The notes under the pieces were generated by a model. The model was not told the origin of the DNA and searched no databases. It was given only the letters and a program-made list of their open reading frames with translations. Below, one piece after another: positions 1 through 12,847 of a DNA stretch of 64,000 nt. Within the stretch, counting starts at the first letter, position 1. Every line of letters begins with the position of its first letter. The position numbers were made by a program, and so were the translations under genes. The stretch comes from Xylographa opegraphella (Eukaryota), in NCBI GenBank assembly GCA_022813865.1, contig JALDZX010000040.1, forward strand, positions 124,001-188,000, given 5' to 3'.

Positions 1-414
1 CCACACTTTCGAAGGGATTCCAGGTGCTAAAGGGTCTCCCGCCTGCATTTAACATCGTCGTTCAGTCATGGCACTTCCATGCTCTTGAAGCGCGAGGAGA
101 ACATGACTGTAGATATTAATTGATCTAAGGATATCTGTTCTTTCACTCGCACATAAGCGATTGTATCAAAACATTTTTATGACAAGAAACATCGTACACA
201 GTGCAGCCAGAACGACCAGTACGTTACTAGACTTAGGACTTCGTTACACAAGGATAAGAGGAATGCGTAAATGATAGCAGTGAAATGTACGACTGAAAGC
301 TCTGGATTGATTGCAGGTTCAACGATGCGTTCAAGGAGAACGAGGTTACGTCTTCTACTAGTCTCTAGGTCTACTTTTGGTTTAGTGATGTTCCTCCTAT
401 AGCTCAGCCTGGAC

Positions 415-1136
415 CTAAGTTCGCAGACGCAACAGTATATCTTCAGGTGAGAGGGCGGACATGATGGGCGGAAGGTCGCAATGCTCTATGTCCCTTTCAT
501 CTGCTATCTGAGTCCTCGTGAGCACTCTCTGAGCAATTGTGTTACAGATAAGCTTACTGGTCCATTCGAATCCCCAACATTGCTCCACATCGATACTCCA
601 TAGCTAGTCATTGGAAATACTGCATCTGGTGGAATCTCGCTCGTATGTAGTATGTTGTTGGAGTTGGCGCCTGGGTACTGGACGAATTCCTCTTGCGAAC
701 CCCGAGCACGGTCTTCAGAGTCTTCCAGATGATGCCGAGATGATACGATGTTGCGACTGCTGAACTTTCGAACCTTTCTGCGGCTAGAAGATGATTCACC
801 ATGTATAGGGTCCCGATTGACAACCCAAGGAGGCGGGATATTCTCGGATTCGTTACTATTGCAATGATATCTCTGGCGATTTGGAGGCTGCGGCTCGTCT
901 ATCGTGGAATCACAGACTGCTGTGGCACGGGAATCGACTCGTGAATGATGAAAGGGGTCCTGGAGTATAGGTTGTTGGCTCGAAGAATCCGTTTGAGGTG
1001 GAGGATCTCCAATACATCGCTGTTGAACACCCTCTACTTCTTCCTGAGACAAGGCCTCTTCCGGGATCAAGGCTGGCCTCCGAACTTTACGGTAGGTCTC
1101 CCCCATTGAGCTTGAGATATGAAAGTAGGGAACCAA
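415..1136 (-). CDS. Hypothetical protein, low complexity; 5' end uncertain
   Basis: ORF 504..1136 has a GTAAGC donor at 557 and a CAG acceptor at 508 (50-nt intron). Splicing continues the frame as IADERDIEHCDLPPIMSALSPEDILLRLRT* to TAG at 415-417. No recognisable domain. Confidence 0.4.
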
Positions 1137-1720
1137 ATCAGGACGTTCTCAAAAGACAAAATGAACATTACTGTAGAGCAAGACTGTCGACATATAGAGG
1201 AATGCTAAGACTATTGTAAATCTTAGCTATGAATAGAGAACGTAGAAACCCGTAGCAAACGCAAAACCTCCGGGAACGGGAATCGCTCATGTGGTGGCGA
1301 AGCTCGGGCTGCTACATTTGACGTTGGCAAGAAAAACGATTTACAACGCGGTCCCTTTCAGAGTTCTTATCTTAGTATCTGAATCAAATTTGACACCTTA
1401 ACAAAAGTTATCTTCTCGAACTGGCAACTTGATGTGCATTTTATTACATATCTCTGAGCTGCGTAAGAAAAGTGATCAGGCTGCTTCACGGCATTCGGCT
1501 GAGAAGAAATCCGGAACAGGTACGGAGTAGGCAATCGCACCCAGAAGCCCGCCTTCGAATCTAATCATGAGCTTGAAGACATCCGGCTGCTAGCTGCCCT
1601 AGATTGACTTCAGCAAACTAAGGTATCTAGGTATTTTGACTGGAATCTAGAGCCATCCACATACCAGAATTATTGGAGGTTGACAACTGCCGAATTGTGC
1701 ACTTAATTTTTTCATGGGTG

Positions 1721-1779
1721 TTGGCGTCATTGCATAATTCATAAAAAGGGCTGTTTATCGATAAGAGAGCCTTGACTCA
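1721..1779 (+). promoter_or_regulatory. Putative sulfur-regulator (CYS-3/MetR-like) site and CpcA/Gcn4 site upstream of MET2
   Basis: TTGGCGTCAT at 1721-1730 matches ATGRYRYCAT at 9/10 positions. TGACTCA at 1773-1779 is a perfect Gcn4/CpcA core. Both lie 100-160 nt before the ATG. Confidence 0.45.
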
Positions 1780-1881
1780 CAGAGAAATTCAGTCTCATTC
1801 TCACAAAGGAACAATACGTTCGAACGTTGCCCTACAAATGCACTTGTTGGCTTATCTCGCAGAGGTACTCATAACGCCCAG

Positions 1882-3528
1882 ATGGAGACCAAAGGTGGAA
1901 CGTCCAGAGGCACTCTAGCTGCTCCCAAGCTCCGTCAGTACTACACACTATTTATAATGCATGTACTAAATCCCGTAGAGAGAGTGGACAAACAACCCGA
2001 GAACCCGTTTGCTTCCTTCATCCCAGAGCAGAAATTCGCTATCGTTCCATCTTTTACCCTTGAATCCGGTGTGCAGTTGTACAATGTCCCAATTGCCTAC
2101 AGCACTCGTGGGACGCTATCAGCGAATCGAGACAATGCTATGGTCATATGCCATGCTTTGACAGGCAGTGCGGATGTCGGTGACTGGTGGGGGCCATTAA
2201 TTGGCGGTGGTGGAAGAGCCTTTGATATTACAAGGTTCTTTGTTGTTTGCTTAAATAGCTTGGGAAGTCCATACGGTAGCGCTAGCCCGGTCACTTATAA
2301 GGATGGCAACCCGGATCTGGGCCGATATGGACCGGAATTCCCTTTGACAACTGTCAGAGATGATGTCAAGTATGTTTGCGAGACTTTTTGCTGCCTTCAT
2401 GTTCTAATGGCACTGATGGCACATAGCATCCATAAGCTCGTCCTCGATGACCTCGGCATTCGACAGATCGCTGCGGCGGTCGGAGGGTCTATGGGAGGCA
2501 TGCTTGTGCTTGAGTACGCATATTTTGGAAAAGACTACGTCCGGACAATTGTCCCGATCGCTACGTCAAGTCGTCATAGCGCATGGGGCATTAGCTGGGG
2601 TGAGGCCCAAAGACAAAGTATCTACTGCGATCCTAAGTATGAAGACGGATATTATACATTCGATGATCCGCCCCTCTCGGGACTGGGAGCCGCTCGTATG
2701 TCAGCACTTTTGACGTACAGAAGCCGAGACTCTTTCGAGTCAAGGTTTGGAAGGAATATCCCCGACCCTTCACGGAAGCAGAACATCAATGAAAATCAAA
2801 GGCCAAGTACTCCCTCAGAAGCGCATTGGGCAGTCCACAATGACGGACACAAAGCCACACGGAGATCTGGAATCACAGTCAATGGATCTCGAGCTTCAAC
2901 TCCTTCAACGAACGGAGTCGGGAATATCCCAAATGTCGACTCGAATAGTCGTGCAACTTATTTCACTGATCCACAATTTCATGGGACTACCACATTAGAA
3001 GCACCACCATCTTCGGTTTCTGAACGCGAGCGGGCTACAACGTATTTTTCAGCACAATCATACCTGCGTTATCAAGGGCAGAAATTTGTCAACAGGTTTG
3101 ATAGCAATTGCTACATCGCAATCACAAGGAAGCTAGACACACATGACGTATCCAGGCACCGAGTACCTCAAAACACATCGAATGCCATTTCCACAGCGCT
3201 TTCACAGATCGAGCAGCCAACGCTGGTATTAGGTATCGAAAGTGACGGGCTGTTCACTTTCGCGGAGCAACAGGAACTTGCCGCCTCCATTCCTAACGCC
3301 AGACTTCGGACAATCGAGAGTCCGGAAGGGCATGATGCATTTCTCCTTCAGTTTGAGCAGGTCAATGGCCATATTCTAGAGTTCTTTCGTGAAGTACTTC
3401 CAGACATAATGGGAAATCCAGGACTTGAGGTTGAGGGTGTGGGTGGTGACGGCGTGGATGGAGTTGGAACAATAACCAAGACCAGCACCTTCGGAGAGGC
3501 CGAAGTAGAGGACATCACAGCGTGGTGA
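1882..3528 (+). CDS. MET2: Homoserine O-acetyltransferase (MetX family, alpha/beta hydrolase)
   Basis: Motifs CHALTGSADV, nucleophile GGSMGG, SDGLF and SPEGHDAFLL. Two introns, 1934..1978 (45 nt) and 2370..2426 (57 nt). Confidence 0.95.
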   Translation: METKGGTSRGTLAAPKLRQYYTLFIMHVLNPVERVDKQPENPFASFIPEQKFAIVPSFTLESGVQLYNVPIAYSTRGTLSANRDNAMVICHALTGSADVGDWWGPLIGGGGRAFDITRFFVVCLNSLGSPYGSASPVTYKDGNPDLGRYGPEFPLTTVRDDVKYVCETFCCLHVLMALMAHSIHKLVLDDLGIRQIAAAVGGSMGGMLVLEYAYFGKDYVRTIVPIATSSRHSAWGISWGEAQRQSIYCDPKYEDGYYTFDDPPLSGLGAARMSALLTYRSRDSFESRFGRNIPDPSRKQNINENQRPSTPSEAHWAVHNDGHKATRRSGITVNGSRASTPSTNGVGNIPNVDSNSRATYFTDPQFHGTTTLEAPPSSVSERERATTYFSAQSYLRYQGQKFVNRFDSNCYIAITRKLDTHDVSRHRVPQNTSNAISTALSQIEQPTLVLGIESDGLFTFAEQQELAASIPNARLRTIESPEGHDAFLLQFEQVNGHILEFFREVLPDIMGNPGLEVEGVGGDGVDGVGTITKTSTFGEAEVEDITAW

Positions 3529-3821
3529 TCATGGTCACTGTTATTCATATATATACTAGAACAAATAAAATAGAAATAAGTGACAAATTACCGAGGCAAA
3601 TCGGGGCTGAGAAGCTCCTTTCCCATCCTTGCTCAAAAGGAGTGTTGAAGCACGCTAGAATTCCAGCCCTATGCAGCGTTGATTCTCGCGCGCATTCATA
3701 CATTCTTCGCTCATGGTTTTGGAACCTTCATTGTACAACATCGAGTTCCCCGAAAGGTTTACTTTTGTTATGTCGCCTCAATAAATGGTCCATTTCTCAT
3801 GTCGTCGCCTCAATAGCCACA

Positions 3822-5771
3822 ATGACAGATTACAGCAAGTATACCGTCGTCAAGCTAAAGGAGGAGCTCAAGTCGCGTGGACTTCCTCAAACTGGGCTCA
3901 AAGCAGTCCTGATAACACGTTTGTCTGAAGCTGTATCGCTAGAAGAAGATTCCACCGTCCCAGATATCGACAAAACCACCGAGGATGCGCCACACGAGGA
4001 TACGCCACCAGCAGATGCAGAAGACGAATCACTCGAGATTAACGGTTCTTTGAATCCTGAATCTGGTGTACCGGAGGAGGTATCAACTGAAGGAAGCGAA
4101 GGAACGATAGAGGCTGACAAGATAGAGAATGGAAAGGAAGAAGTACAACCACCCCTGCCCCAGGCAGCCTCTTACAAGGAGGAGAACAGTGTACGAGGAC
4201 CAGCTAGCCATGAGTCGTCCGCTATAGCCTTGTCGCCGCAAGAACAGTCTTTTGGCCCTGGACCGCCAACGGAAGCAAACATGGTTCATGTCAACGAGGC
4301 CACTGTAATGTCTCAAGTTGACAAAGCTCCTGCAGAGGCACCGGCTACGCCCGCCGAAATCCAGCCACTGAAGACTCAATCGTCTCAAACAGATTGTGAG
4401 CTCATCCCTGCAGAAATCACGCAGGTTTCTGTCAACAAAAGTGAGGTATCAGAGGACTCGCGGAAACGGAAACGGCGAAGTCATAGTCCCCCTCCTTCGA
4501 ACTTCGATGCGGCATCAAAGAAGGCCAAGGCATTAGATGGAAGTCCAAGAGTCAGGCTACCTGAAGATATCAAGCAAAGTCCTGGGACAGGAGAAAATAC
4601 ACTGAAACTCGAGCATACAAACAATGTTGAGGCAAATGAGGATTTACCGCAAGACGTCCAGACGCGCTTGTCAGAAGAAGAGATCTCGTCAATGCCACAA
4701 TTGGACGTTGCAACATCATCACAGAAAACCGATGCTAACATTGGTGATACCACTGCGAAACAAAGTGCGCTCAAAACCCCATCAACACAAATTGATAGTA
4801 TGCCGTCTCCGATCAAAGTTTCGCCGTCAGATACTAGATTCAAGAATTTGTTCGCTGCACCGACTAATCAGGCTGAACCACCTCCTACAAAGGCAATCTA
4901 TGCAGACATAGAAGACCGCGATATCGCTCCCGCAATCCACCCAGCAACCTCCGCTCTTTACATCCGTAACTTTATGAGGCCCTTGCAGCCACAAACTCTC
5001 AAAACTCACCTGATCGCATTAGCCAATCGGTCGAACGACTCCCCGGACCCAGATGTGATTGTTGAGTTCTATTTGGATAGTATCAAAACCCATTGCCTAG
5101 CTCAATTCACAAGTGTATCTGCTGCATCAAGAGTTCGTACGGCTCTGCATAACCGAGTGTGGCCGGATGAGAGAACGAGGAAGCCGCTGTACATTGATTA
5201 CGTACCCGAAGAGAAACTGAAGAAGTGGATTGAGGTTGAACAGAATGGGTCGAGCGGCCGACAGCAGAGCGCTAAGCGATGGGAAGTGGTGTATGAGCAG
5301 GAGGAAAAGGGCGTGGCTGCATACCTACAGGAAGCTGATGGGACTGGAATGCCACGTCCTTTGATTTCAAACACAGCTGGCCCGCAATTAAAGGTACCAA
5401 TGGAAACCAAGACGATTGAGCCGAAGCCTCAACCAGTAACTGTCCCAAAAGGAGACGCTGGTAAAGGTTTCAAGGCTCTGGATGATCTGTTCAAGTCAAC
5501 AACAGCGAAGCCGAAACTATACTATCAGCCAGTCGCCGAATCGATTGCTCATAGGAGAAGTGAAAGGTTGAGTGCCGGCCGTGGAGGTGGGCGGAGTGAC
5601 GAGATGAGAAGGTTTACGTTTGAGGAGGAAGTTCTTGTCGACAGGGGTCCAGAATTTGGTTCTGGGTGGAGAGGAGGGGGCAGAGGTAGAGGCGGCTATA
5701 TGGGTGGATATGGTGGAAGGGGCGGAGGTGGAGGGTACAGAGGTAGCAGAGGTGATAGTTGGCGCTCATGA
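3822..5771 (+). CDS. Acinus-like SAP + RRM + RSB-motif protein
   Basis: N-terminal SAP domain (YTVVKLKEELKSRGLPQTGLKAVLITRL), RRM-like ALYIRNFMRPL...KTHCLAQF, RSB-like LDDLFKSTTAKPKLYYQPV and an RGG tail. ATG taken at 3822 (MTDYS). Confidence 0.85.
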   Translation: MTDYSKYTVVKLKEELKSRGLPQTGLKAVLITRLSEAVSLEEDSTVPDIDKTTEDAPHEDTPPADAEDESLEINGSLNPESGVPEEVSTEGSEGTIEADKIENGKEEVQPPLPQAASYKEENSVRGPASHESSAIALSPQEQSFGPGPPTEANMVHVNEATVMSQVDKAPAEAPATPAEIQPLKTQSSQTDCELIPAEITQVSVNKSEVSEDSRKRKRRSHSPPPSNFDAASKKAKALDGSPRVRLPEDIKQSPGTGENTLKLEHTNNVEANEDLPQDVQTRLSEEEISSMPQLDVATSSQKTDANIGDTTAKQSALKTPSTQIDSMPSPIKVSPSDTRFKNLFAAPTNQAEPPPTKAIYADIEDRDIAPAIHPATSALYIRNFMRPLQPQTLKTHLIALANRSNDSPDPDVIVEFYLDSIKTHCLAQFTSVSAASRVRTALHNRVWPDERTRKPLYIDYVPEEKLKKWIEVEQNGSSGRQQSAKRWEVVYEQEEKGVAAYLQEADGTGMPRPLISNTAGPQLKVPMETKTIEPKPQPVTVPKGDAGKGFKALDDLFKSTTAKPKLYYQPVAESIAHRRSERLSAGRGGGRSDEMRRFTFEEEVLVDRGPEFGSGWRGGGRGRGGYMGGYGGRGGGGGYRGSRGDSWRS

Positions 5772-6579
5772 GTATTGTTGTCGCTTTGGGGCACCTCGTA
5801 CTGAAAGACCCCTGGCATGACATACTCGTATTGCGTCTGCAAGTTATTTTGTTGGCGTGCCTATCAAATTCGCATAGCGGATTCTTGATCTCGTAATTGT
5901 GTGAGATCAAATAGACATTTACATCAGCTTTGACTAAGGTTACGAGTTTCCAGCACATAAATACCATCGTAGCTTCATTTTCTCTTCGAGGCTGCCTGAC
6001 TCAGACTCCATCCGTCGACGAGTGTGGCGGTGCGGGTTTTAGAGTGCCTATGCCGAGCGCCACATGCAGCCACATTCTGCATTCATTTGTCGGCCACCCC
6101 TGCTTAGAGCGCTTCACGACTGGGGCTGAATCCACCGCTGGTTTGGGGACCTTCTGGCTTCACCTTCAGTATCCCCTCGCCAGACTGGACAATAGTGGAC
6201 TTCACTGTCTCTTGCAAGACTGAAGTCTCCCTGGAATACTGTTGTTAACTGCCAAAGTATTCTTCTATACTGCAGCAACCAAATTGCTCACAGACACTGG
6301 CTGTCGCACATTGCATCCTTTCATTCTTCTAAACCTTGCTTGCTAGCTTTTGGTCTACAGCTCTGGAACCACCTCAACTCCGACCGGTGTTGGTGAAGGC
6401 TCATAGCGGCTTCTCGTGAAGCAGTTCTTTTTGGAAGCCAACAAAACCACAACTCCGCGCCAGTCACGTTCCCTACCCTTAGGGAATCATCGCAGGCGCA
6501 TTGTCTGAAAACTACAGATACAAAGTCTCTCAACTATCTCAGCCGGGAGCTCTGCAGAGACCCTCGCCGTTGGAGCATC

Positions 6580-8388
6580 ATGAATTTGACGTTTTGCAAT
6601 GCGACAGCCCAGTATGAGGAGAGTAAGCTGCCAATTACCATGCATCTACCATATTGAAGCATACTGAACTCTTACCAGTCAACGAGTTACCGCTGTTCAG
6701 TAATTGGACGTTTCACTATTTGGGCCTCTGGCTTTCTGCAGGCTTCGCTCTGTTTGCGACTCTGTTGTCATTCTACCTCATGTTTCAACATGCCACGCAT
6801 TACTTGAAGCCTTGGGAACAAAGACAGTAAGGGTTTCATTGTAACAGTCCAGAGTTCCGCTTATCGATGTTTTAGTATAATCCGTATCCTATTCATGGTT
6901 CCAATATATTCCGTCGTCTCATTCCTCTCCTTCCGCTTCTACCTCCATTCGATATATTACCAAGTTGTCCGCGACTGTTACGATGCTTTTGCTATTGCCA
7001 GTTTCTTCGCGCTTTTATGCCATTATGTGGCACCGGATTTGCACGCACAGAAAGAATATTTCCGGACACTGAAGCCGAAGCCGTGGGTGTTGCCTTTAAG
7101 CTGGATACAAAAGTGTGCCGGAGGTCCGCGGGGTTGGGCAAGGACACCAAGGAGTGGATTGACGTGGTTCAACGTAGGATAATTTGTCCCAACGGCGACA
7201 ATGGCTGACTCGGTCAGATTATCTGGCTAGGCGTGTTCCAATATTGCTTTATCCGTGTCTTCTGCACTATCGTTGCTGTGGGTACACAAGCAGCTGGGAG
7301 ATATTGCCTATCCTCGCTCAGCCCACTTTTCGCTCATATCTGGGTACGTCATATGCTGGCTTTCGAAACTAAAACTGACTTGAGCAGATCACTTGCATTG
7401 AAGCATTAGGCGTGACTGTAGCAATGTATTGCCTTATACAGTTTTACTATCAGCTTCGACTCGACCTAGCTGAGCATCGGCCCTTCATAAAAGTTCTTTC
7501 CATCAAACTAGTCATTTTCCTCGTGTTCTGGCAAACAGTAAGACTGTAGATATACGTACCTACGACGACTATTATGCTGATATCATCCAGATACTCATAA
7601 ATTTCCTAACGTCGTCCAACGTTATCAAGACTTCTGCAAAAATCGGAGAACCTGATTTGGTAGTCGGGATTCCAGCAATGCTTGTCTGTATAGAAATGGC
7701 CGGCTTCAGCATCATGCATCTTTGGGCATACCCGTGGAAAGAATACGATATATACAGGTCGCAGATTGTTGCAGCAGAAGGTGGACCAGGACTTCACCAC
7801 GATGGCCCGCAAGCTTATCATGGCGGACGTTTCGGTATTCGCGCGTACATGGATGCCTTCAATCCTTGGGATTTGGTCAAAGCGGTGGCCAGAAGCTTCC
7901 GATGGTTAGTGGTTGGTCGAAAACACAGAGAATCGGATATCAGCTACAAGACCAATCTGGCAGCCGACCAAAGCGGTGTCCCTGCCCCGATCAATAAGAC
8001 AGGCAAGTATCAACCACTGAACGACAACGACAGCGATGTCAATATCCCATATACGCAGCCACAGCCTTATTCACAGTTGAATACACAGCCATATTCGCAA
8101 CCCAATTCTCAGCAGTACTCTCAACCCATTACACAATCAACGGTGAGGTCCTTCTCCAAGCCGTTCAATATGGCGTCGGAGACCGATCTCGGCCGTGTAG
8201 CCGCCATGGACAGGAGTCAGGGAGAAAGGAATGATACCAGGGCGGTACCGCCAATGCCCGAGCAAGATACTGGATACCACGGTGCCCAGGGTCAATCAGA
8301 AGTATACCCGGGATGGCAGGAAGGGGCGGCGGATCCCCGGAGCCATTGGGCCCAACCCGGCACTGGTGGCAGGGGGAACATGATATAG
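6580..8388 (+). CDS. TMEM184 / organic solute transporter alpha family membrane protein (multi-exon)
   Basis: Spliced exons give HATHYLKPWEQR, IIRILFMVPIYS, VRDCYDAFAIASFF, KVLSIKLVIFLVFWQ and CIEMAGFSIMHLWAYPW. Several GT-AG introns between about 6620 and 7590. Confidence 0.9.
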
Positions 8389-8880
8389 TAAGATGGGTTG
8401 GTGAATCAGTAATCCTTTCTGTGGCAATTGATTAGCGTTTTTGAGATGGGCGTTTTGGTGTTGCAGGAGGAGAAGATACCAGGACTGAAAGGCGTCGCGT
8501 GAGCGATGGGATCTGTTGTAAGGGTAGTGGGTAGCGTGTTATGAGAGTCAAGTGGATGGCGTCTTATGAGAATCAATGAGTTTACATGGAGGTCGTATTC
8601 TGTTAGTTTGAGTTATCAAGTATTTCTCCTGCTGACTGCCATACCTCGCATCCTTCTCGCTGCATGTGATGTCGGAAGTGGCGATTTAAAATCTCGGCAC
8701 TCCCAGTCTCCGACAATTGGAGGGTCGCAACTCCCAGCTCAAAGTCCTGCATGGAGACTATGACAGAGCCACAGCTTCCGCTCCAGCGCCTCGCTCCATG
8801 CAATGCCTCCGATACCTATCTCTCGCACGCCCCACCATAACCACAGGCATTCCCTGATCGTCCATCCCTCTCCCGCGTAA

Positions 8881-10268
8881 CTACCACGCCAGATTCCCGT
8901 CCTCGTCCCCATACGGCTGCATATCCAAGCCCATACCATCCTCCGCCAAGCCGCCCATGCCCATCGCCCCACCCATACCCATGCTCATCCCCATGCCCAT
9001 GGGTCCGTAGCCACCTTTCCTGCCGCCCAGCTTCGCGCCCTCGACGACGCTGAACTTGGAGCCGAGGGCCTTGGCGTCCTGGATACTGCGGCCGAGGCTG
9101 CCGAGCAGCGCGACGAGCGAGACGTCCGATTTCTCGGCGAGCGATTCTTGCACGAAGGAGGCGTGGTCCGCTGGGGTGAGGAGCGGGAGGCGGGTGGTGA
9201 GGGCGAGGATGGAGCGGAGGATGGGGTGGGAGATTTCGGTGTGGTCTTCGGAAGAGGTCTCGGGGATTGGTTCGGAGGGGGGTGGGGAGGTTGTGGGGGT
9301 CGTGAGGTAGGAGGGAGGCAGGCGCTCGAGGTAGGATTTGAGGAGGCAGATGCGGGACTGCAGCATGCGGGTGGCGTTGGCGCGGGTGGTGAGTGATGCG
9401 ATAACTAGGTGGGTACATGTCAGTCAATGAACGGTAGGGAATATATGGAGTGAGCCAACGTACGCTCTTCGTCTTCCGGGGTCAGACCGCTCGCGTCTCC
9501 TGCTGGCGCCGACTCCTTCTCCACCGCCTTCCCTTTCCCCTTTCCATTCCCGTTCACATCACTCTTCTCGCCGAGCGGCGCCTGCGACGCTTGAGCTTTC
9601 CCGCTCTTCTTGACCGTCTCATCCACAGCGATAGCACTCCCTCCGCCTCTGGCCACGAAGTCCACGCTGATCATCTCCGCCTCCCCCGTGACAACCTCGT
9701 ACGACAGTTCCCGGAACTTAAGCTCCAGCCCCTCTTTGCCGTCGACTTGCATATCCTTGCCCTGATCGCCGCCGCGGCTCTCGAAGGCACCCTCGTAGAC
9801 CGTCAGTGGCAACTTCCCACCCACGTTCCCGCCATCCAAGACGCTTTCAGGGTGGAAAGCCAGCAGCAGAGCCGTCTCGTTGTACTTCTCCATAATCTCA
9901 CGCTGCATAGCATGTATCTCCGGCAAGGGCCCACTTTTCGGACAGACGGTCCACCATCCCACCATGTCGAGGTCCTTGTGCACGTCCTTGTACTGCTGTA
10001 GCCGCTGCTGGAACCACTCGTGGTCGAAAATCCAAAACTTTTCACCATTCTCTCCGCGGTAAAGGCTTCCTTCAAACGCGTGCTCTAGACTGACTTCCCG
10101 GCCGTTCTGCTGCCCCAACAGAGCTCCCATTATGGGCTGTATTTGCTGGCGAAGGGTATGGCGGTTGATGTAGTCTGATATGGTGAGGAGGATCAAAGGG
10201 TGGAGAAGAGCGCAGAGGCTCGAATCCGAGCTTTTAATGGTCGAAACGAAGGGATTTGGGGTTTCCAT
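8881..10268 (-). CDS. CSN6: COP9 signalosome subunit 6 (MPN- domain)
   Basis: LHPLILLTISDY, GALLGQQNGREV, QYKDVHKDLDMVGW and VTGEAEMISVDFVA. Intron 9405..9463 joins to ELIASLTTRANATRML...DVSLVALLG. Confidence 0.9.
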
Positions 10269-10844
10269 GATGCTGAAATGGACGGCTGGAGGTGTGGAGT
10301 TTGGGGGCGGTAGATGGAGCTCTCCGGGAGCTTTTTATGCAAACTGCATTCGGATGGCCAGAATACACAAATTCTCAGGAGCTCGGAGGAATCATGCACA
10401 AGTCGACTGTATTTGCACAGTAACCAGTGCGCTGAATTACACCCATCAAGGTAAGTTCACAAAGGAATACTATGCATAGTAGCCACACGGAGGTGTTTGC
10501 CAAGCAATATATTTCAGCCTCATCGGATTCTACGACCTAAGATAGTGCTTAAGGCAAATTGATAGTGACAGCGCGAGTAAACTATAGAGGCGGAGAACAG
10601 ATGAGCAATATCGAACCTTAAGTTTGATATTTTCTTGTGGTGCTTGAAATGCGCAAGCCATTTTACTTTTCATTATATTGACAGATTGTGAAAGGTCTTC
10701 CAACATCTATTCTCTCCATTTTCAGAGTATCAACCAAGTCCTGGTCACCAGGAACTATCATGCCCCTTCTCCTTACAGCCGCCACGAGGCATAATCTCTC
10801 TTGAACGCCAAATCCACCTGCGACGCCCGGCAAATCTCAAATAA

Positions 10845-12847
10845 TCAAAGTTCCAACGTTCCGATTCTCGCGCCAACAGCGGTGCTTCCACCCCAAACAC
10901 CACGATTGGCACACTGTTCAATCTCAGTAATGATTGGCTGCCATGGGATCAAATGAAGTTGTATTTCAGGGATCTTTGCTTGCTCCTTGAGTGTCTGAAC
11001 CAAGCGAACGACGGTCTCGTGCTTAGCAACTGCGACTGCATAAGCTGCACTTTGTGTGTCTCCTCGACCAAATGTTTGTGCTGGTTTAAGTAAGTATGGG
11101 ATGACGCTTGTTTGACCTTGCCCTGTCAGAATAGCTAGAGTTCCAGAAGCTGCTAACAGTCCACCACGGTGGGGAACTTGACGATCTAGTTCGGCAGCAA
11201 TAGGAAGAGAAAAGGGATCTTCCATGCTTTCGTCAAGCCTTTCTGGAAGAGGCTCCCAATAAGATCCCAGAACAGCATCAATCAAATTGATTGCTGCTAG
11301 AGCATTTTCCTTGATCGCGATCGTCTCTGCAATGTCCACAACACGTTGCCAGAGGTTCGAAGTATTTTTTGCATATAGAAAGTAGAGTACACGTGCGGCA
11401 GCAGCCTCGTGTCTGGTATTATTCGGTACATCTAGACTGCTGTCTTTTGGTGGGCCGCGGAAAACAGCCGCAAGTGTATTAAGTGCATCAGCATTAGGCG
11501 GATTCACCGGTATTGAATACAAAGGATTGTGCGAAGATGTGTGGAGTAACACCACTCTCGGCAATGTAGATAGTACGTGTAGATCGGATTTAGGAGCATC
11601 CACTCGAGCCCACTTGGTCACGGGAACTCCTGATATGGCCATTGACAAGCGCTCCAACGTGCGATCGACATCTCGCCGACCGATATCCAGAAGATGGGAT
11701 GAACAGCAAGAAGCATACGTAGAAATGTATTGAGCTGATAAAGGATACAGGTAGGTGCTTTCGATCGATTCATGCTTCTCTAGTTCGAGATAGTATGACA
11801 TGGTACGAGAATGAAGTTTTCGCGATATAAGGAAATCAAGAGCCTCTGCCGACTCGAGGTTTCGTTCTCCAAATGCTCTCATCAATGGATCAGAATTGCC
11901 TCGAAGAAGCTTGGTAAGAAAATCAATGAGAGATGCATGCATAAGCAAGTCATCTTTCCAATCAATCATGTGAACGGCCGCAAAATCGAGCAAACCTCCT
12001 TCCGAAAGCCCATATTTCTTTTCAATTCCCGGCAACTGTGAAGAACTTATCTGCTCGAAATTTGAAAAAGCTAGAATAAAGTCTAGCAATCTTGCTTGGG
12101 AAATCGTCTTCTCGCGCTTTGAAGGCTGACCCTCTTGGCCTGCGGTTGCAAGACTGCATATCGAGAAGAAAAGTTCGTAGACGTCCTTGTCATGGAAGAC
12201 TCTGCGCCACATCAAGCCTTGACCATAGATCTTCGACGTGTAGGCAACCATGTTCGTATCGCCATCCGGAGCGGTATTTGCATCAATACGAAGTAAACCA
12301 CTGATGACCTCCAAACCCTTTGTGGCAACTTCGGTTGCAGGCGTCGAAAGCCATAGACGAACAAGAGCGGCGACGGTCTCAGGGCTTGCAGCAATGATAC
12401 CGGCGTCACCAGAACTAGAACATGCCTTATTCAACAGGCTTAAGGTGACTAGGTTGACGTCGGAGTTCGGAGAGCATAAGCCAGCGATCAGATCTACGTT
12501 GGGCTGTATCCTGAGTACTTGGGCGAATCTGTATGACTCTGGGCGTATAAGATTCAGTATAAGTTCGGTGGCCGGCTTAGGATCTTGTCGAAGGGTGGGT
12601 ATCAAGCCAGATTGCCGGTTCAGGAGGCTTTGGCGGTCATCGTCGGAAAGCGCATCTGTTCCGATATATCATTAGCTGTGGAATTCATTTCTTAGCTTGG
12701 CTGCAATAGCTGTAGCGGATACCTGTTCTTACCAGTGTAGATCCTGTCAAATACTCCGAAGAGTTTGGCATCCAGAGGCAAGCTAGGATCATCCGTGACT
12801 GCTGTGATGTGGCTGATCAGATCTGCAACTCCACTATTCGAGGCCAT
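10845..12847 (-). CDS. Conserved ARM/HEAT-like protein, probable Hsm3/S5b-type proteasome assembly chaperone
   Basis: Exon 1 12733..12847 (MASNSGVADL...) splices in frame over intron 12656..12732 to the long Leu-rich helical ORF containing GLMWRRVFHDKDVY and TISQARLLD. The family call is from memory of similar fungal proteins. Confidence 0.55.

Noticed and set aside
3522..3821. 100-aa N-terminal extension of the SAP protein ORF
   Set aside because: It starts at a GTG overlapping the MET2 stop and spans intergenic sequence. The SAP domain begins right after ATG 3822.
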